From Vicugna vicugna (Eukaryota): a stretch of DNA of 64,000 nt. The position numbers and the translations under genes are program-made. The notes under the pieces were generated by a model that was not told the DNA's origin, did not search any database, and was given only the letters and a program-made list of their open reading frames with translations. Of this stretch, positions 1-14,959 are shown one piece after another. The stretch is taken from assembly GCA_013265495.1 (NCBI GenBank), contig MU058844.1, positions 6,633,260-6,697,259 of the forward strand, read 5' to 3'. How positions within the stretch are numbered: position 1 is the first letter of the stretch; each line of letters opens with the position of its first letter.

Positions 1-99
1 ACCATCTAGAGTAAGGGGACAGCATTTGTGTTTACATCTAATTTCTACTAGAGGTAAAGTCGATAAAAAGAATAGAAGAAATCAGTCCTTCAAAACGGG

Positions 100-490
100 T
101 GGAACATAGTATGTCTGCAATGGTGCAGTAAGGACAATAAAAATCCATTTCAACATAAGAACTGTGAGAAAAATATCTATAATTGTTAAAAATCAACTTT
201 TCATAACTTTGGGAACTAACCAAAGACCTGCAACAATCTGAGAAGTATTTATTCAAGATATGGCAGAATCTTGATTAAACACATTTTAACTTGCCCTCTC
301 CCAGCTCCACAGTAGCCTTAAAAACTAGCAGCCTCACAATTATGGTAATTGTTAAAAACCAACAGCCTGGTAAGCTCTGGAAGTTGCCAGACCAGGTCTG
401 GGGGCACCTCAAGATCCTCATCCCCTGAAAATAGTCACTATTTACTTGTCTGGTAGCTCTCCAGGAACTCCTGGAAAAGCCCCATTCATA
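100..490 (+). mobile_element. Old L1M 5'-end fragment (L1MC/L1MD-type)
   Basis: Motifs aatcaactttt...ctaaccaaag...tttattcaaga...ttttaacttgccc...ccagctccacagtagcctt recalled from old L1M 5' UTR consensus sequences. Confidence 0.55.
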
Positions 491-1214
491 AGAGATGAGG
501 GAGAAATCTTAAAACATATACCCTCCCATCACAAATTGGGGATGCTCTACTTGGTCTTCCACCTAACCAAGATGATGTCTTAAACTCTCCTGAATTACTA
601 CTTGTCCCGAGGATGGGCAAGATCATGACCTGGATAAGCATTCCCTCAGTCCCATCTTGGGCAGGCAGGCCTCAGACAGGAAGAATGCCTGCACCCACGA
701 GAGAGATCCACTAGGATATGTCCCTAGAGATGTCTTCTAGGTTTCCTGATAATGTTGTTGGCAATAGTACTGCCTGTTCTTTCAGGTTGTGGGACGTTCC
801 GAGGGTGAGCTCTAACCAAATCACCCTGAAGCTCTCTTCTAGAGTTGCCAAAGTTGGCTCTAATAAGCCATGTCATTGGGATCTAAAATATAGATTTCAG
901 ATGTATTTTCCTAAAACACAACTAAAGCCATCTTGATATGTCTTATGCAGGTTATATCATAGTCACCAGCCATCACCCATGGACAGTACATTATGACTTT
1001 CATCTGTCTGTGGACGTCTGCTCTCTGATCTGCCTGGAGAGACCAAAGGCTACAACCTGACTAGGACCTACATACCATTTCTAGATCTGAACCAGTTCTA
1101 ATTCCTGAAACACTCACTGAACAGATGAAAGTAATATTATCATTAACTTAGACTAGTGATGTTCAGTAACGGGGGCACAGCAGAACAGCCTGAGAAGCAA
1201 CAAGTACTAATTAG

Positions 1215-1307
1215 AGGCTATGGAAGTGAGACCCTAGCATCAGTAGCTGTCAGAAAACTTCCTGCTTATTCTAATATGCTGCCAGCATTGAGAATGAGTG
1301 GCTTAGA
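1215..1307. mobile_element. MER5-like hAT-Charlie fragment
   Basis: attctaatatgctgccagcattgagaatgagtg resembles the MER5 terminus. Confidence 0.45.
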
Positions 1308-3619
1308 CTACTCATAGTGCCTAACTGGAACTAAGATAAATCTTATAGACCACTGGGCTAACATTTCAGAAAGAAAAGTTATGAATAATTAGAGGTTACC
1401 ACGAGTTCAATACTTTACTTTAAAAAACAATACTTTAAAATATCTTTGATCTAATAGTGTGTATTTACCCAGACAAATGTTTGAAAAAATAATCCAAATA
1501 AAATGCTCCTTTCTATTTCTTCTTCACTAATAATTCCTACCACATATCTTAGAAAAAAAGTAAACTATATCATAAGAATGTTTGAACATTTCAATCCATT
1601 TAGAAATCTTAATTTTGTATCACATAAGTGCCTTATAATAGGATATGGATAGTAAACTAATTTTATCCAACTATGGCTTTCTTAATCCTTCTAACATTTG
1701 ATTTAAATTTTTGAACTTGTACAAATTTGCCTGGAAGCATGATTTGTATTTTAAAATAAATGTGTACCAGATTTGTTGGGCTATGTTTATAGCTTAATTA
1801 AAATAGGAGAAAAAGGATATTTATAAAATGAAAGAAAAGTATCAGCACAATCTGATAAACACAATATTGCTCCACTTTAAGTCTACATTAAGTTTACTGC
1901 AGTGGTATTTTTCACTTCCTCATGTGGTCAATCATTTGAAAAGTAACATACAATATAAACAGTGTAAACACAGAAAGTCACCGTATGGATAGACAGTTTT
2001 ATTTGGTCTTATATGTGCTGATTTGATCAGTTTGCATTTGCTGATTACACAAGTATTCTATTAATCCTAACATCCTTAACAATGGATTTTAACTAAAGTT
2101 ATTAAAGAGTGGCCTGATTGTCAATCTTTTGATGTTGTATCAGGAAGGATATTATACTTTCACTGTTTCCAATACCTTCTGTTATTTCCAGCATCTGTGT
2201 CTAGACACAACATATTTGGCTGCTGAAAATGTACAACACAAAAAGTACAAAAGTTAAGGTGCCAACAGTAGGTCATTTAAGTATGTTAGAGATCGTGGCT
2301 ACAAATAACCGTGGCAAAAAGCACTAGGTAGTGTTGTTAATACATCTATCCTTTTCAGGGATACTGGACTTGGCAACAGATTTGTAACAATATTTCCCCC
2401 CACCCCCCTTCCCGGGGTAATTATTAATCACCTAATTTGTTTTTATCAAATATCATTTACAAGGTTTTATTTCTGATGAACAACATGTATTCCTACCAGA
2501 GTGACACCTAGATATTTGCTGCAATGACTATGGAGAACTGTGTTGGGTATATGAGAAGACATGCTTATTTTCTAATGCTGACTTAAAAGCTGGTAACAAA
2601 GTTGGATTTTATAATATCAATCTTTTACTACTGTATTGTCCAGATAAATAGTATCTCCATGTTGTGCTATCTACAAACATCTGTATGCAAAATTGTACTC
2701 AGTGTCCAGTTTTAAGCAATAACAGTTTGGGAATGGGATCATAAAATCACTCTAGTCTCTGGGTTTAGAACACGAGGTTAGGAACACAGAGTATGCAGAG
2801 AGAATCCTTCTGAAATTGGATAAGAAAAGGATGAGAATTACACATGCAAATGAAAGAAACTTCAGAGATCATATTAACACAGTGCAGGAACACGTAATTC
2901 AGATGCTGTTTAGTACCACTATTATGTTGATCAGGGAAACTGGCTTTTTTAACACAGTCCTCTGTTTTCATTTCCAGCAACATGTCCACCATCACAAAAT
3001 ACTGCTGTTAATTCCAAGGAACCAAGGGGACTACTTTTAAGGGTAAAAGATGTCCTAATATTTGCTATTACTTTATCATAGATTCATATGTGCCCTTTGG
3101 TGAATTAAAAGTAAGTTAAAAGTCATAATTCCTAGCAACTTTATAAATAAGTTTCCAAACTAAACCAGTGTAGAATAAATGACTTCAAAGTTTATTCTAG
3201 AGTTAACTCCTCTGTCTTTATGCTTTGGTGCTGGTTGACATTATCATTCAGCTATAGATTTTACATGGCAGTTTTTCGTATCCTAAAACTTTATGTATTT
3301 GCAATAAAATTATCCTAGGACTTAGGAATATTAGGATTTCCCCCCAATTTTAAAATATGTGGACATTAAGGACATAATTCTTCCTTAGAACTTATCTTCC
3401 CCATTCACATCCAGGCAAATCGCTGCAACAACTAGAGAAACCTTCTGATACAGAAATAAATAGTTCTAATTTCATTATATTATTTGCCAGTTTGATCAAA
3501 TGAGAATAAAAATATTTCTCAACGGCAGGTAAATTACCCTAATTTTTTAAGTGGTTCAAATAATATCCAGCCACTAATTTGGGACCATTTCTCAAAAGTT
3601 TAAGATACACGAACCTGGA

Positions 3620-3950
3620 CCAACATGTTAATGCAGTGAGATAGAAATATGATATGCTGAAATAAGCCAATACACTGAAGATTCAGAAGCAAGAAAACTC
3701 ATGGCTTGTTTTTCAGGAAGATAAAAGAGGTTCCACATTGTTGAATCAAAAAATAGTGCAGTACATGGGAAAACGAGAAGGTTGATTTTAGAAAAGCAAG
3801 ATATGGAGGCAGAACATGAGAGGTAAAAGGCTGGGGCTTGAACTATGAAAGGCTTTGTAATCACTGGCCCAGGGAGAGGGCACTGGAAGGCTTTAAGCAC
3901 AAAGAGACATAATTAGATGTATATTCCAGGAATGTCGTGCTGATATCAGC
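3620..3950 (-). mobile_element. L2 fragment
   Basis: Purine-rich L2-type text (cactggaaggctttaagca...ataattaga). Confidence 0.5.
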
Positions 3951-5169
3951 ATGGGGGGATTTCATTAATAAATGCATATCCTTGTGTAATTTTAAGGCAA
4001 AGAAGGTATCACAAATCAAAATCATAGAGTGTTCAAAAATATGCAACTGATTAGGCTAAACTTTAGTGAATATTGGGTCTTTAGTTTCAGAGGGGAGACA
4101 CCATTTTATTTATTCTATGGATTTTTTTGCTTACAGTTGGCTGTCTAGGGCTATCAGTATATTGCACTCTAATTATTTTTCGTTATTTCTCACTCTCTTA
4201 CTAGTTGATGATTTCTTTCCATTTTCAAGCAAGGACCATGTCTTATATATGAAACCTGTTATACAATATACCCTCTGAGTCATGGGGTTCAAGAACTGTT
4301 GAACAAACGAATGAATCAGTCAATAAACGTTCTAGCCAGCTGCCGGCGTGCAGCAGTTGAATCCAACACCTCCCTATGTTCTTTCAAAAGCATGCTTAGA
4401 GTTCGACCAACCAGTGGGTCTTTACTCAGTGTCAAAACTTCCTGCTGCTTTTCCATCTATTCTCTAACACCACCTTGTATCTACAGGTAGGCAAAGAACC
4501 AATGTTTGTGAATTTTAAAGTATTTTTCTGAAAACAAATGAGATTAGACATAAAACTACTCACCACATTAGCATCCCAATACAGTCTTTTTTCCATAGAA
4601 GAGGAAGTAGTAGAACTTTAGTTAACGTAAGAATGTAATTTCACATAATTCTGTTATATATCCATGGTGTTGTGTCCTGGCAGGGAAGAGAGTACCAGCA
4701 CCAACGAAAAGGGAATGGGAACAGAACAGGTGTATAGAGGTCTGATTTCGTCAAAGGGGAGAAGCTATTTATTCTGGTTTTTTCCATAAACCTGCAGAAG
4801 GTGTCCCCTCTCAGAAAGTAGCCCACGGCCCAGACTTTGATCTGTCTGTTGGAAGATCAGACTAATAATTTATCAAAAGTGGCACGACAGGAGATATTTC
4901 CTTTTGAATAGCAAATGCTTGAAATAATTAGCCTTTAACTTTGAACTTCTATATTTGATCAATAATAATGAGAAAAGCTCCTTGATAATTTTTCTATTAT
5001 TATTTCTTGCTTCTTCCATGTGCGCTGGTGGTGATGTTTCGGTTTTTCTAGTAAAACCTCATGATTGGAAATAAAACAATAAAAAATAAGCAAAAATCTA
5101 AACACAATATAATTAGCTTTCATTTTAATAGACATTGAACTTTTAGAAAAGAAGACCCTAGCATTTGCT

Positions 5170-5970
5170 ATTTGTTCACATAGACATTTATTTACTTCAC
5201 ACATTTTTATTAAGTGCTTACTGTGAGTCCTGCATCCTCTTCATTAAGAGACACATCAGTGGGCAATACAAAGAATCTTAGGTTCATGAGCATAAAAAGA
5301 AAAAAATAAACATAAACATAATTAATAATAAAATAAGTACAGTTTATTAGAATGCAGTGAGTACTATGGAATAACAATAATTAGAGCAGAGTAAGGAGAC
5401 TCGAGAGTGCCAGTTCTGAGAAGTAGGGTGCAATTTAAGAGAGAATAGTCAAGGATACTTGAGCAGAGTTGGAGATGAGGACATTTGACTTGCGGATATT
5501 TGGAGTAAGAGTGTTCCAGGCAGAGGGAACAGCTACTGCAAAGTCCCTACTAATGGTGGAACATGACTGAGATATTTGAGACAGGAGGGAAGCCAACATG
5601 GTGGAATCTGAGTGAGCAAAGGGGATGGACAAAGGGAGAATTGTACATAAGCTTGTGTAGTGTATTAAGGGGTGGAGAGAAAATCATGGAAGATCCTGTA
5701 GGCCATTTTATGGAATCTGACTTTATTCTAAACAAAATAGGGGGCCATTTCAGTTTTTTAAGCATGGAAATGACAGGATATGACTTCCATTCTTAAAGTA
5801 TTATTTTGGCCACTATTAGAATTAAAGTGTAGAGGGACAAGGCCAGAATTAGGTCAACAAGTTAGAAGGCATTAGGAATAATACAGATGAGAGAAAGACA
5901 GTGGTTTACATCAGGGAGGTAGGACAGAAAATAGAAGTAGTCGGTTTCTGGATGTATTTTGGAGGTTTAT
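5170..5970 (-). mobile_element. L2 (L2a/b-like) 3' region
   Basis: Starts with catttatttact...tattaagtgcttactgtg (L2 3' tail, reverse). Includes tccaggcagagggaacagc..tgcaaagtcc and ggatgtattttggagg. Confidence 0.75.
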
Positions 5971-8900
5971 CAATGTTTTAATTTGGCTTAATTTGTTCTT
6001 ATAAGAACTCAGCTAGAGGTGACAATCTTAAAACGGTCATGTAATGCTAAAACACTTACTCAAAATATTTCATTTACTGTTCCTTTCAACTACATTTGTA
6101 TTATCTCATACGTGGATGGTGACTTGTTCAAGGAAAGGATGGAAATTTTATGGACCACTCTACTTTAACTGTACAAAGTGCTCAGTAAACATTCTTGGAT
6201 TAGCTTTCTTAAATGAAAATTTGAGAAAGCTTTCTGAAAATGTCTAATTTTGTTTAGTTATCTTATTTAAGTCTTCTGTGATTAAAAAATTGAGATCTAA
6301 TAATATCCTTTATGACAAAAAATGCTCATGATAATATTAATAAAATAGCATGATGACAAATGTTAATTCATTTAATCCTTTTATCAATTTAAATATTACT
6401 ATGGTAAGAGAATTTAATATTCTTTGCATTCTTGATGCAAATATGCAATCGAAAAAGAGATACTACCAGTGAAAAAGAAATGTAAAAAGAAAAAAGAAGG
6501 GAAGAGTGAAATACTAGTTTAAACCTAAATCTGCCCTGTGAAAAAGATGTGAATTTAATTCCTGGGAACAGTGAACACACTGTGCTTTGATGTAGTTCTT
6601 TTCATTAAGGCATGAAAATTAGTACAATAAATTTAACTACCCTTGGTCTTTACAGTTTTTAAAGTTTATGTCAATCTTTATACAAAATAAATGGAAGTGT
6701 CCAATAACTTCTATAATTTAAGTTGTAGTGAGACAAACTAATATAGCTTCTAAATCTGACAATGAATTGAAAACATGTACTCTGTTTTTACCTTCTATAA
6801 AGGGTAATATACATTTTACCCTTGATCTAGGAGACTATACACTATCCTAAAGTAAAAAAAAAATCAATATAAATTATAATTTGAATTTTTATAGTGAAAA
6901 TTCATTTAATTATGTTAGCTTAATTTTTCTTTTTTGTTATTTTTGACTCAAAGTCCATAATATTAGTGAAGGTGACTAATCCAAGAAATTGAAAGAGGTA
7001 AAAAATTATGCAGAAAGTATTTTGATATATATATAACATGCCTAATCAATAGAGAGGAAAAGAATCTTGCTGACATTATTGGAATAACTACATTTGGCTT
7101 ATATAAAGCTCAGCCTTACATATATTTTTACTTTAATATTTAAATTTCAATGTGATTGAAACAAGAGTTTTCCTAGCTAAAAAAATAAGTACAACATTAG
7201 TAACTTACATATGTGGGAGATTGGCGATATTTAGGACAAAGGACAAAATGAACAGTGATAAATTTTTGTAGAACTTCACGTAACACAAGTAGTTCAGCTT
7301 AAAAATACTTTTGAAGCGTCTGTTCTTCCACAGTTTGAGTTCATTGGATAATTTTATAATTTTTTTCTTCTAAAAAATCATCTTTTGTAACCTCCACAAA
7401 ACTGATAATATTGCGCAATCACAAAACTGTTTCAGCAGCATCCTTGTGGGTAGTTTTGTGTGTTTGTTTGTAGCCTGTCACCATTTGAAAGCAAAAAAAA
7501 ATTTTTATAGATAAAGGTATTTTAATTTGTGACTGTTTTACTGTCTAGAGGAAAACAATTCAAGTGGAACCACATGAAGACTTTTTCAAAATTCACGATG
7601 CTCTCAGAAGTAAAGGGTATTAAAGACTTAGAAATAAAATCTGTAACACCCATTGATTCCAGTTTATCCTGAAACGTGTATGATGCACATCTTACACCTG
7701 GGAGCAAGTCAATCCATTAAGCTTATATGATCCTGTACCCTCAACTATAATAACTCATTTATCTGAGAACAGGTCAACTTAGTTGCAAGATGTCCACCTT
7801 TGTCAGACAACCTTTCTTTCTAACTTCTCATCTTCACTGAGAATGAAAATCATCCACAAGAGAAACCCTCAGAAATTCGGGTCTGTGCTTCTCTAATTGC
7901 AGGGAACACTTTCATGCCTGCAGATATTTTTACATCTAAGACAGCCTGCAGTTCTGCTTGCCAACATGAAACTTGTTTCACAAATTTTTTCAGCAGCTGG
8001 TATGATAATGAGCCAGTTTTCATGCAAATTAGTGATCTTCCTAATCAATTTTTAACTACAAAATTAAAATTTAAAATTTTTTGAGTAAATTATTTTTAAA
8101 TGATGAAATGCTTTATCAAATCTATTTATTTAATAGCTCACTTCCCATTATATTAAGGCTCTGATTTAAGAACTCTTTCTATGAAGCAGGAAAAAAATTT
8201 TGTTAGAACTGTAGTTCTTAATGTTGCACTATATTGAAAGGTACATTTTACTTTTTTAACTAACATTAGTATAAAATAACATATTTTTCTAATTAAATAT
8301 AATGAGGTTGGCTTATTTTTGCATTACCACTTTTAATGCAATATATTTAATCATTTTTTTAGAAAGACAAAGTACCACAAAATAAAAATCCTACTTTTAA
8401 TGCTGCAGCCAATTATTCCTTTAAACTGCCTGAGCCAACATTTTTCAGACCATGAACTAAATAACTACTAAATGTATCCATTATTTACAGAGTATAAGTC
8501 ACTTTGTTATTATTCCATGAAATGACTGTTCTTTTGAGAGTAAAGGGTTCTTCTTACTATTAACGGGCTTACTGTTCTATGACTGTATTTATGTGTATAT
8601 GGACCTACTTTCCCAATTTTATGCCCTGGAGTATAGTAGTATCCTTAAGGATAAAGAGAAAAATGTACTCAACCTTTAGCACAGGGTTTAAAACAGAGAA
8701 TAAAGTTTACTGTTACTTTTTTTTTAGCTTAACAGTGTACTTTTTTAAAATAAAACACAATTAGTTGTACCTCTGAATTCAATTATTTCTAAACCAAAGA
8801 TAACTTTTGACTCTAAAAATGGAAAGATGAAGTAAGACTACCTATGATTCAATATCATAGACATTTCAAATACGCATTGAGCATATTGTGAAACACCAAT

Positions 8901-9394
8901 ATTCTAAGTTATACAGGAACATTTTATTCTCATTAATTTAAATAATTAAATAAATCCTTAATATTCAAAGATGAGCATGGATTGACTGACATTTTTGGTA
9001 GATATTATTTTTCTTTTAATCTGCCCTTTGAATTTGTAGACTTCGATATGGGATAACATAGAGCTTGCTGCAGAAGATAGTGTGTTAGAGTTGAAAATCA
9101 AAACAAATAATTATTTTACTACTGACACTATCATTTGTTTTCTTTTTTGTTTCCAAATTCAAGGTCCATTTCTTGTCCAAATGCTTCTTTCTCAGCCCTC
9201 TGAAATCTAGAATTTTAGAAGAGTGCCTAGCACAAGCTAGATTCTCAATACATATTTATTTCTTAAATAAATGAGATGAGAATAGTTACTTTCCTTGTCA
9301 TTGCATTAACAATGCATTCATTATTTTTCATTGACTTTTAATTTTATTTATGTTGTTTGGTTATACAGAAATGCATATGTATCAGATTTATTGA

Positions 9395-10262
9395 GACCAG
9401 TATCCCTGGTGAACATAGATGCAAAAATCGTCAACAAAATATTAGCAAACTGCATCCAACAGCACATTTAAAAAGTCATATACCATATTCAAGAGTGATT
9501 TATCCCTGGGATGCAAGGATGTTTCAAAATAGGCAAATCAATAAATGTGGTACAAGACATTAACAGAATGAGGAATAAAAATTATATGATTATCTCAATA
9601 CATGCAAAAAAAGCATTTGACAAAATTCAACATCCATTCATGATAAAAACTTCCAACAGATTAGGTAAAAAAAGAAACAGTATACCTCAACATGATAAAG
9701 GCTGTATAAGACAAACTAAGAGTATCATGTTCAGTGGTAAAAAAGTGGAAAGCTTTTTCTCTAAGATCAGAAACAAGGCAAAGATGCCCTCTTTTACCAT
9801 TCCTATTCAGTATAGTACTGGAAGTTCAGATCAGAGCAATTAAGCAAGAAAAAGAAAAAAAGGCATCCAAATAAGAAAGGAAGACATTAAATTGTCTCTG
9901 TTTTCAGATGGCATGATCTTAAACACAGAAAACCCTAAAGATTCCACCAAAAATCTATTAGAACCAATAAATGAATTTAGTAAAGTTGCAGGACACAAAA
10001 TCAATATACAAAAAGCAGTTGTGTTTATAGACACTATCAACAAACTATCCAAAGAAATTAAGAAAACAACACCATTTATAATAGCATCAAAAAAACAAAT
10101 AAAATACTTAAGAATAAATTTAACCAAGGAAGTGAAAGATCTGTACACTGAAATTTATAAGACACTGATAAAAGAAATTGAAGAAGGTATAAACTATGAA
10201 AAGGTATTCCATGTTTATGGATTGGAATTAAAATTAACCTTGTTAAGATGTCCATACCATAC
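9395..10262 (+). mobile_element. L1 ORF2 (reverse-transcriptase region) fragment, frameshifted
   Basis: ORF-track peptides MQGCFKIGKSINV...MIISIHAKKAFDKIQHPFMIK and SLFSDGMILNTENPKDSTKNLLE..NEFSKVAGHKINIQK are classic L1 RT sequence. Confidence 0.92.
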
Positions 10263-10667
10263 AATGTATTCTTTATAATAAATTATTGCTACCTTTTTTA
10301 TGGCACTTAGGAAAACTGACGCAGAATCTTAGTTTAAAACTACATACTGCAAATACTTTTTAGAGAAAAAGAGGCCAGTACTCAGCAAGCCTATAGGTCC
10401 TGGCCCAGGCACAACACTATTTACTTTCTACAGAAAGACTTTAAATTAAATGACTAATACTGCCTTCTTCATTATTGATGACTCAGGGACTGGGTGAGGC
10501 TGTGCCTACAAATAAAAGATATTTAAAATATGACATTGGGCAAGATTGGAACTGTCAAAGATTGAGAAGTTGAGGTACCTGGGAAACAGATAGGCAGGGA
10601 AATATACAGGTGTGAAACTCAGAAAAGAGAAATCTAGTTACAAAAAGTATTTTAGATTCCATAAGTA

Positions 10668-11095
10668 CTTGAGTTGCATTAGATTATTGTTCACAGTAAT
10701 TCTCCTTTCCCCAACCTTATTAGAGAAATAAACATCCATGCCTCATTATATGGGGCTTGGCCAATGGCTTACTTTGGCTGATAGAATGTGGGCATTTGTG
10801 ATAGTGTGCCCATTCTCATTCCAGCCTGAAGAGGCATCAAGTTTCTGTTGACCCTTGTGCCATGAAAAGAACATGCCTTGGAAGTTAATGGTCCCAAGCG
10901 GGTGAGAGACATGTGGAGCAGCCCTGAATGAAGCTTAGAACAAATAGAGCCAGGTCCGTTTAAACAAGGTAATTCCTGACAGCTCCCACACTCCACCCCA
11001 GATACGTGATGAGGATAGTAATTGTAGTTTAAAGCCACTGAGTTTGGGAATGATTTGTTTTTGCAGCATTTTTGTGGCAATACTGACTTATCCAG
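10668..11095 (+). mobile_element. MaLR (MLT1-type) solo LTR
   Basis: ttggccaatgg...ttggctgatagaatgtg and the 3' end tttaaagccactgagtttggg..gatttgtttttgcagca..gtggcaatactgact. Confidence 0.7.
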
Positions 11096-12634
11096 TGCTC
11101 CTCACTTTATTCTTGGATCACTACTATCTTAGAGATGAATCTCCCCAGTACCTCCCATTTACTCCTATCATGCTATGATTTTGAATTGTGACTTACACAA
11201 CCCCTTTCATAATCAGAAATTGACAGAGCTGTGCAGAGAGGTAGAGAGGACCCCTAAAATGATGGTCCTCAGTGTTTTCAAATATACAGACTATCTAAAT
11301 GATGAAAAAAAGCAGAATTTAAGAGAAGAATCTATTTAGCTGGGCTGGAAATATAATGCTCAAGTATTACTCACAAGAGAGGCATGTACAAATAACTAAG
11401 AGATTACAATGTGACAATTAGACTCATGGTAAAATTGTGTAAAAATAATGGGAGAGAAAGATTGCTGGTAGAGCTTTTATAAGACTGCAGATTCTCTTCT
11501 GACTCACTCTGAATTCTCATGTTCTACACATATCCTTAAATGCTTTATTGGCATAACATTAAAGTAACTTCTATTATTAAGTATGATCGCACACTGCTTT
11601 TCTTTGAAAGATAGGCTATTATATTTCCCTCTACCTTTAAGTTCTGCAAATTAGTTTGGCTTAAATCCAAAAAAGCACCAATACTTATGCATTATTAAAT
11701 TTCGAAAGCCCTGAAATCAACGCTTAAATCCCTAAATATTATTTTCAAAGGAAATATGAAGTTCTTGGCTATAATTCTGACAACAAACAAAACTATTCTA
11801 AAACATTATTTGACAGAACTTACAAACTTAATTGGACTGGGTATACCAACTTAGAATGAAAACAGCCCTAAGTTTATTACAGTGTAGTTTAAGTAAGTTC
11901 TTTCCTGTGTAAAAACCAAGAATGCGTAAACTCCTATGTTTAGAACTTTTCACCTGGTACTATAACAGAAGTACCGTGTTCCCTAAAAGCTGTGCCTTCC
12001 GAAGCATGTTCTGCTTCCAGCCTCACAGCCCCAGCTTGAGTGTCTTTTAACTTCCCTACTGTAGTTAAAAGCAACAGAAATTTCCCAATTACTCCGGCTT
12101 TGGCTATTATTAAGCTCTTACTCTCTTTCAGAAAACTAAATCTGATTAGCTACAAAATCCTTTGGAGTTGCCCTTTTCAGTGTTTCTCAAAGATGTTCTT
12201 TCCTTTCCTGCCAGTGTGCTATCTCAGACCGTTAGCACATCTTCTTAAAACACTGCAAAGACTACTCTGGTGCTTGCATATACTTAGTATTCAGTAAATG
12301 TTTACTGTAAAGAATGAAAGAAAGAATGAATGATTAGTTCTTCCCCCAAAAAAACTCCTATGAGTTCCCAATTTTATGGCAATAACCCAAAAATCTTTAT
12401 CACTGTGATCAAGTAGATTTCCAGGACATGACTTAATTACCTTCACAATCTCATCTCTCACTATACCAAACACATACCTCAACTCCCTCTCATGAGTAAA
12501 ACTCACTTCACAAGCATACGCTTTACTCTCTTAATCTGAAGTATCTTTCCCTAAATTTTTCATTTGGAAGAAAAAATCCTATCTTTTTCAGCAAGACCCA
12601 TTTCAACTCTACTGCCTAGTAGTTAACAGCACAG

Positions 12635-13510
12635 ACTTTGATGCCAAATCCCTTTGGAAAATGTTTTTCAGTTTCATATAAAACTAAGCATGTGCCTACT
12701 ATGTGGCACAGGAATTTTACTCCTCAAATTTTCCCAAGGGAAATGAAAAGATATGTCAGTAAAAATAAGTGTGAAAGAATGTTTATAGCAAATGTATTTA
12801 TAATAGTCAAAACTAGAAATAGCCCAAGTATGCATCAATAGGAGTATGGATAATCACTGTAGACTTCTATTCATACAAAAACATACTGCTCAGTAATAAA
12901 AAGAAATGAACTACTCCTGTAACACTGATAAATTTTAAAAGTACTATTGTAAATGAAAGAAGTCTTAATAAAAGAGAACAACTGTATAATTTAATTCATA
13001 TGAAGTTTTAAAGCAAGTAAAAATTGATGTATGTTGGAAAAAGTAAGAACAGTAGTAGCCATGGAAGGGTGATGTCGGTATTAACTTGAAGAGGTAGGAA
13101 CAATTTTCTGGAGTGCATGTTTTTTGGTGATGTTTTGTATGTTGGTAGGTGGTTATATAACTGTTTCAAAACTCATTAAATGATATATCTAAGACTTGTT
13201 ATTTTATGTAAATTTTACCTCAAAAGAAAAAAAAGAACTAAAAACATATTTAATTCCAATGACTTATATGTATGCTGAGGTGCTTAGAGGCAAAATGCAC
13301 TGATATATAAAATTTACTTTGAAATGCTTCAATAAAATAAGATGGATTTATGACAAGAAGAATGGTAGAAAGGCAAAGTGATCTGTGATAAACTAAGTGT
13401 AGTAAAATGTCAATCATTAAATCTAAATAGTGAGTATGTGAGTATTTACTAGAAATTCTTCAAACTTTTCTGTATGTTTAAATTTTTTCATAAGAAGTAC
13501 TGGAAAAAAT
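12635..13510 (+). mobile_element. Old L1ME-type 3' end
   Basis: ctttggaaaa..gtttcatataaaactaagcat...gaatgtttatagca..tttataatagtcaaaactagaaatagccca; ends ttttctgtatgtttaaattttttcataa. Confidence 0.75.
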
Positions 13511-13529
13511 TAACTACTAGTTTGAGAAA

Positions 13530-14210
13530 CCACAGATTATCTTACTTAAATCAATTAATACTTTGCTATTTGCAAGATGGTAATTTTCTAAGTCCCCCAT
13601 TCCATGTACATTTAGTAGTTGGCCTTTTACTCTGAAAAACAGCTTTTTCTTTTCATATTTATTGCTTTTTTTGAGTGTGGATTCACGTTTTCTTATTCTA
13701 TTTATTGTTATATTCTATTACTGCATTACTGTCATTAATTTTCAAGTTTGAAATTCCCCGTATTTACTAAGTTGGAAGTCTTTCAAGCTAGCTATTTCCT
13801 TTTGCTAGGTCCTTATTTCTTTTTGATCACTTCTAGCATGAGATATTTTCAAGCTTATCTTGCATTTTCTTTGTCTCAGACCTGGATTCAGCCATGTCAA
13901 AAACAATGATTCTTTTGAGTGCAGAATGACATCTGGAAATTGTGACCTTGTGTCTAGATGTGCTCATTGCTGTGTGCGTCTTTCTATGCCCTTTGAGTAG
14001 AATTTCATGAATTTAATATATACATATATTTAAATTAAATATTTAAATGATGAGCTTATTCTGATACCTCCAGTTTCACTACATGAAAGCGTTCTCTCTA
14101 CGTTTTTTGCCTTTTTTGACTTCCATCACTGAATATTTGTATCACCCTTCTCTGCCAGTGAAGACTGTTTCCCAACATCGATATATTACCAATAGCACAA
14201 ACCCTACAGT
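13530..14210 (-). mobile_element. Old L1ME-type fragment, antisense
   Basis: caagcttatcttgcattttctttgtctcagacctggattcagccat...tagatgtgctcattgct matches recalled L1ME 3' sequence (reverse). Confidence 0.55.
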
Positions 14211-14959
14211 ACACGCTACACGTATAATTCAAGGGAGGATTCCTGGGTAGATGATGATGTGAACACAGGCAATTAACTTCCTTCTTTTTGGATCCCCACT
14301 GAAATTATCAAAGGGAATCTTAAAGAGGGAGTTTCTGAATATGAACTGAAAACTAAAGAAAGGTGTTTAAAAAAACCCTCAAGAATTTTAACTAGATACA
14401 ATGAAGGAAGACACAAAGGATATTCCTTTTCTCCTTGAAAATGATGCATCACTTCACAACAATAAAGATATACCTTTTTAAGAACATCTTAAATGTACCT
14501 TAATTTGCAGAACAAGGAGTAAAGTCCTCAATGAGTAGAGATAGAGCTTATCACTCTTTTTTTTTTTAACACTATGAAACAGTATAAATTTGAAAGCAGC
14601 TGAACTGGAACCCACAAGTAACAGAAAACAGACAGCAACTTTCAGAAAGCTGACGAGCAATTGGGGACAATCTCTAACACTGGGGCTGCAATACTAAGGA
14701 AGAGGCTGAACACAGTATCACTTTGTAACTGGTGAGATCCTCTGCTTATTCAAAAAAGGGAAAATATTAAGGAGCATTAATTTAAAAAGCTAGAAGTAGA
14801 AAAACAAAGTAAATCAATAAATGCAGGAGAGGAATATAATCAAGTCAAATTTAGTAAACTAAAAAATAGAAAAAGTCAATAGAATATATTAAAAAGTTTA
14901 AGAGCTGAGCCTTTCACAAAATAAAACATTCTTCTTGTCTGAACAACAGTTTTAAAACA

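Noticed and set aside
490..1130. Possible ERVL/MaLR internal remnant
   Set aside because: Only faint resemblance; cannot be supported without a search.
1850..8100. Non-repeat stretches with octamer motifs (2844, ~6435, 8022) as distal enhancers
   Set aside because: ATGCAAAT is frequent by chance in AT-rich DNA; conservation data are needed.
9357..10278. Reverse-transcriptase-like ORFs as an active or novel RT system
   Set aside because: Ordinary frameshifted L1 ORF2 fragment; the catalytic FADD motif reads FSDG.
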